Shown in pieces: positions 63,294 through 64,000 of a stretch of 64,000 nucleotides of DNA. The notes beneath the pieces were generated by a model. The model was not told where the DNA came from and did no database searches. It was given only the letters and a program-made list of their open reading frames with translations. This DNA is from Thermodesulfobacteriota bacterium (lineage in GTDB: Bacteria; Desulfobacterota_D; UBA1144; Nemesobacterales; JAJCZQ01), in assembly GCA_965203965.1 (NCBI GenBank), contig CBDBDR010000017.1:864911-928910 (forward strand). The letters are read 5' to 3'. The first letter of the stretch is position 1; every line of letters begins with the position of its first letter. A program made the translations under genes and the position numbers.

Positions 63294-63991
63294 TAACCTC
63301 TGCCTAACTGTTTTTCAACAAGGTAACCTTCAAGTTTTTCAATATTTTTTATTTTCATATTTAAAACTTGAGACATTTCATTTTCACTAATTCTGTTCTG
63401 GCGATGCTTGGTAAAGAGATTCTGTAAAAACGCTTTACCCCAATATGAGATATTATTCCAATAATAATCACCTCCATCACCCGTTTTATCTTCTCTGTTG
63501 TATTTCTTAAAAGACTCTTTCATTTCTAGAAAAATATTGTGAGAGATCAAGTTGTTTGATTTACACCTTACAAGAAGCATTAGAGGAGTAACCTTGTAGA
63601 GACGTGCTACTCTAGTGTAAAAATCTTTGCTTCTGCTGTTGCCTTGCGAAACTTGTCTTTTTAAATCATCGAGGGGAACAAGAGCAGAACCAGCAACACT
63701 ATCAAAATAATGTTCTAATCCCTGGCTATCCTCACTTATCTGTATTCCATGTTCACTCGATGTTACACTGCTCTTTCCGTGCAACAAATGAGCCAATTCG
63801 TGCAATAATGTGAAAATCTGGCGCCCTTTTACTTCCTGACTGTCAAGACAAATAACAGGAAATTCCTCATCATAAAGACAAAATCCCGACAAAGCTGTGG
63901 ACCTGAAGGGCCAGCGAAAAACGAAGATGCCTTGTTTTTCTATAGCATCTCTCCAAGATTCCAATGCCTCAATATAAGAATTAATCTGCAA
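63293..63991 (-). CDS. ImmA/IrrE-family Zn-metallopeptidase (COG2856-like); N-terminus may extend beyond window
   Basis: HEXXH motif LLHELAHLLHG in the usual ImmA/IrrE context. No in-frame stop lies between the first Met and the window edge, so the protein may be longer than the ORF as called. Confidence 0.7.
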   Translation of the reverse strand: MQINSYIEALESWRDAIEKQGIFVFRWPFRSTALSGFCLYDEEFPVICLDSQEVKGRQIFTLLHELAHLLHGKSSVTSSEHGIQISEDSQGLEHYFDSVAGSALVPLDDLKRQVSQGNSRSKDFYTRVARLYKVTPLMLLVRCKSNNLISHNIFLEMKESFKKYNREDKTGDGGDYYWNNISYWGKAFLQNLFTKHRQNRISENEMSQVLNMKIKNIEKLEGYLVEKQLGRG

Positions 63992-64000
63992 TTGCTCCTC

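Overview
This 64-kb window looks like a largely syntenic chromosomal segment from an AT-rich (roughly 40% GC) diderm bacterium. It is dominated by housekeeping genes. These include a thyX fragment, xseA, cca, atpZ-I-B-E, hemL, cpoB-pal, a fadD-like ligase and an acyl-CoA dehydrogenase, tatC, serA, a hisS/hisZ-family gene, purA, phoH, a type IV pilin, ferritin, pyrD, ychF, nfi, carA, gatB, ogg, an mltD-like transglycosylase, ddl, exbB/exbD, lysA, a hemD-hemE fusion, hemH, hemY, pfkA, queG, obg, a prepilin peptidase, a CDC48-like AAA ATPase, recF, and an acd-hbd-crt-thl beta-oxidation operon. Four tRNA genes were recognised by eye: Arg-TCT, His-GTG, Thr-CGT and Pro-TGG. No rRNA, CRISPR array or transposase was seen.

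The strongest candidate for an undescribed system sits at the right edge (59875-64000, minus strand). It is a tightly overlapping three-gene cassette: an ImmA/IrrE-type HEXXH Zn-peptidase, then a small PIN-like (DUF4411-like) protein, then a 985-aa SF2 DEAH helicase with a C-terminal PD-(D/E)xK-like motif. The helicase resembles a type III restriction Res subunit, but no cognate methyltransferase is visible. The cassette has higher local GC than its surroundings and continues past the window end.

Other notable structures:
- A 76-bp sequence occurs twice in inverted orientation (10454-10530 and 55501-55577), bracketing about 45 kb of core genes.
- The last 162 bp of the thiolase gene are duplicated, as a decayed copy, directly abutting tRNA-Pro.
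- There are 4.7 near-perfect 183-bp tandem repeats, each encoding one LysM module, inside the transglycosylase gene.
- HemD and HemE are fused in one ORF within a hemE-hemH-hemY cluster.
- The ATP synthase c subunit carries a signal-peptide-like N-terminal extension, and the atp operon is partial.

All calls rest on reading the six-frame translations and the DNA by eye. No database search was run.
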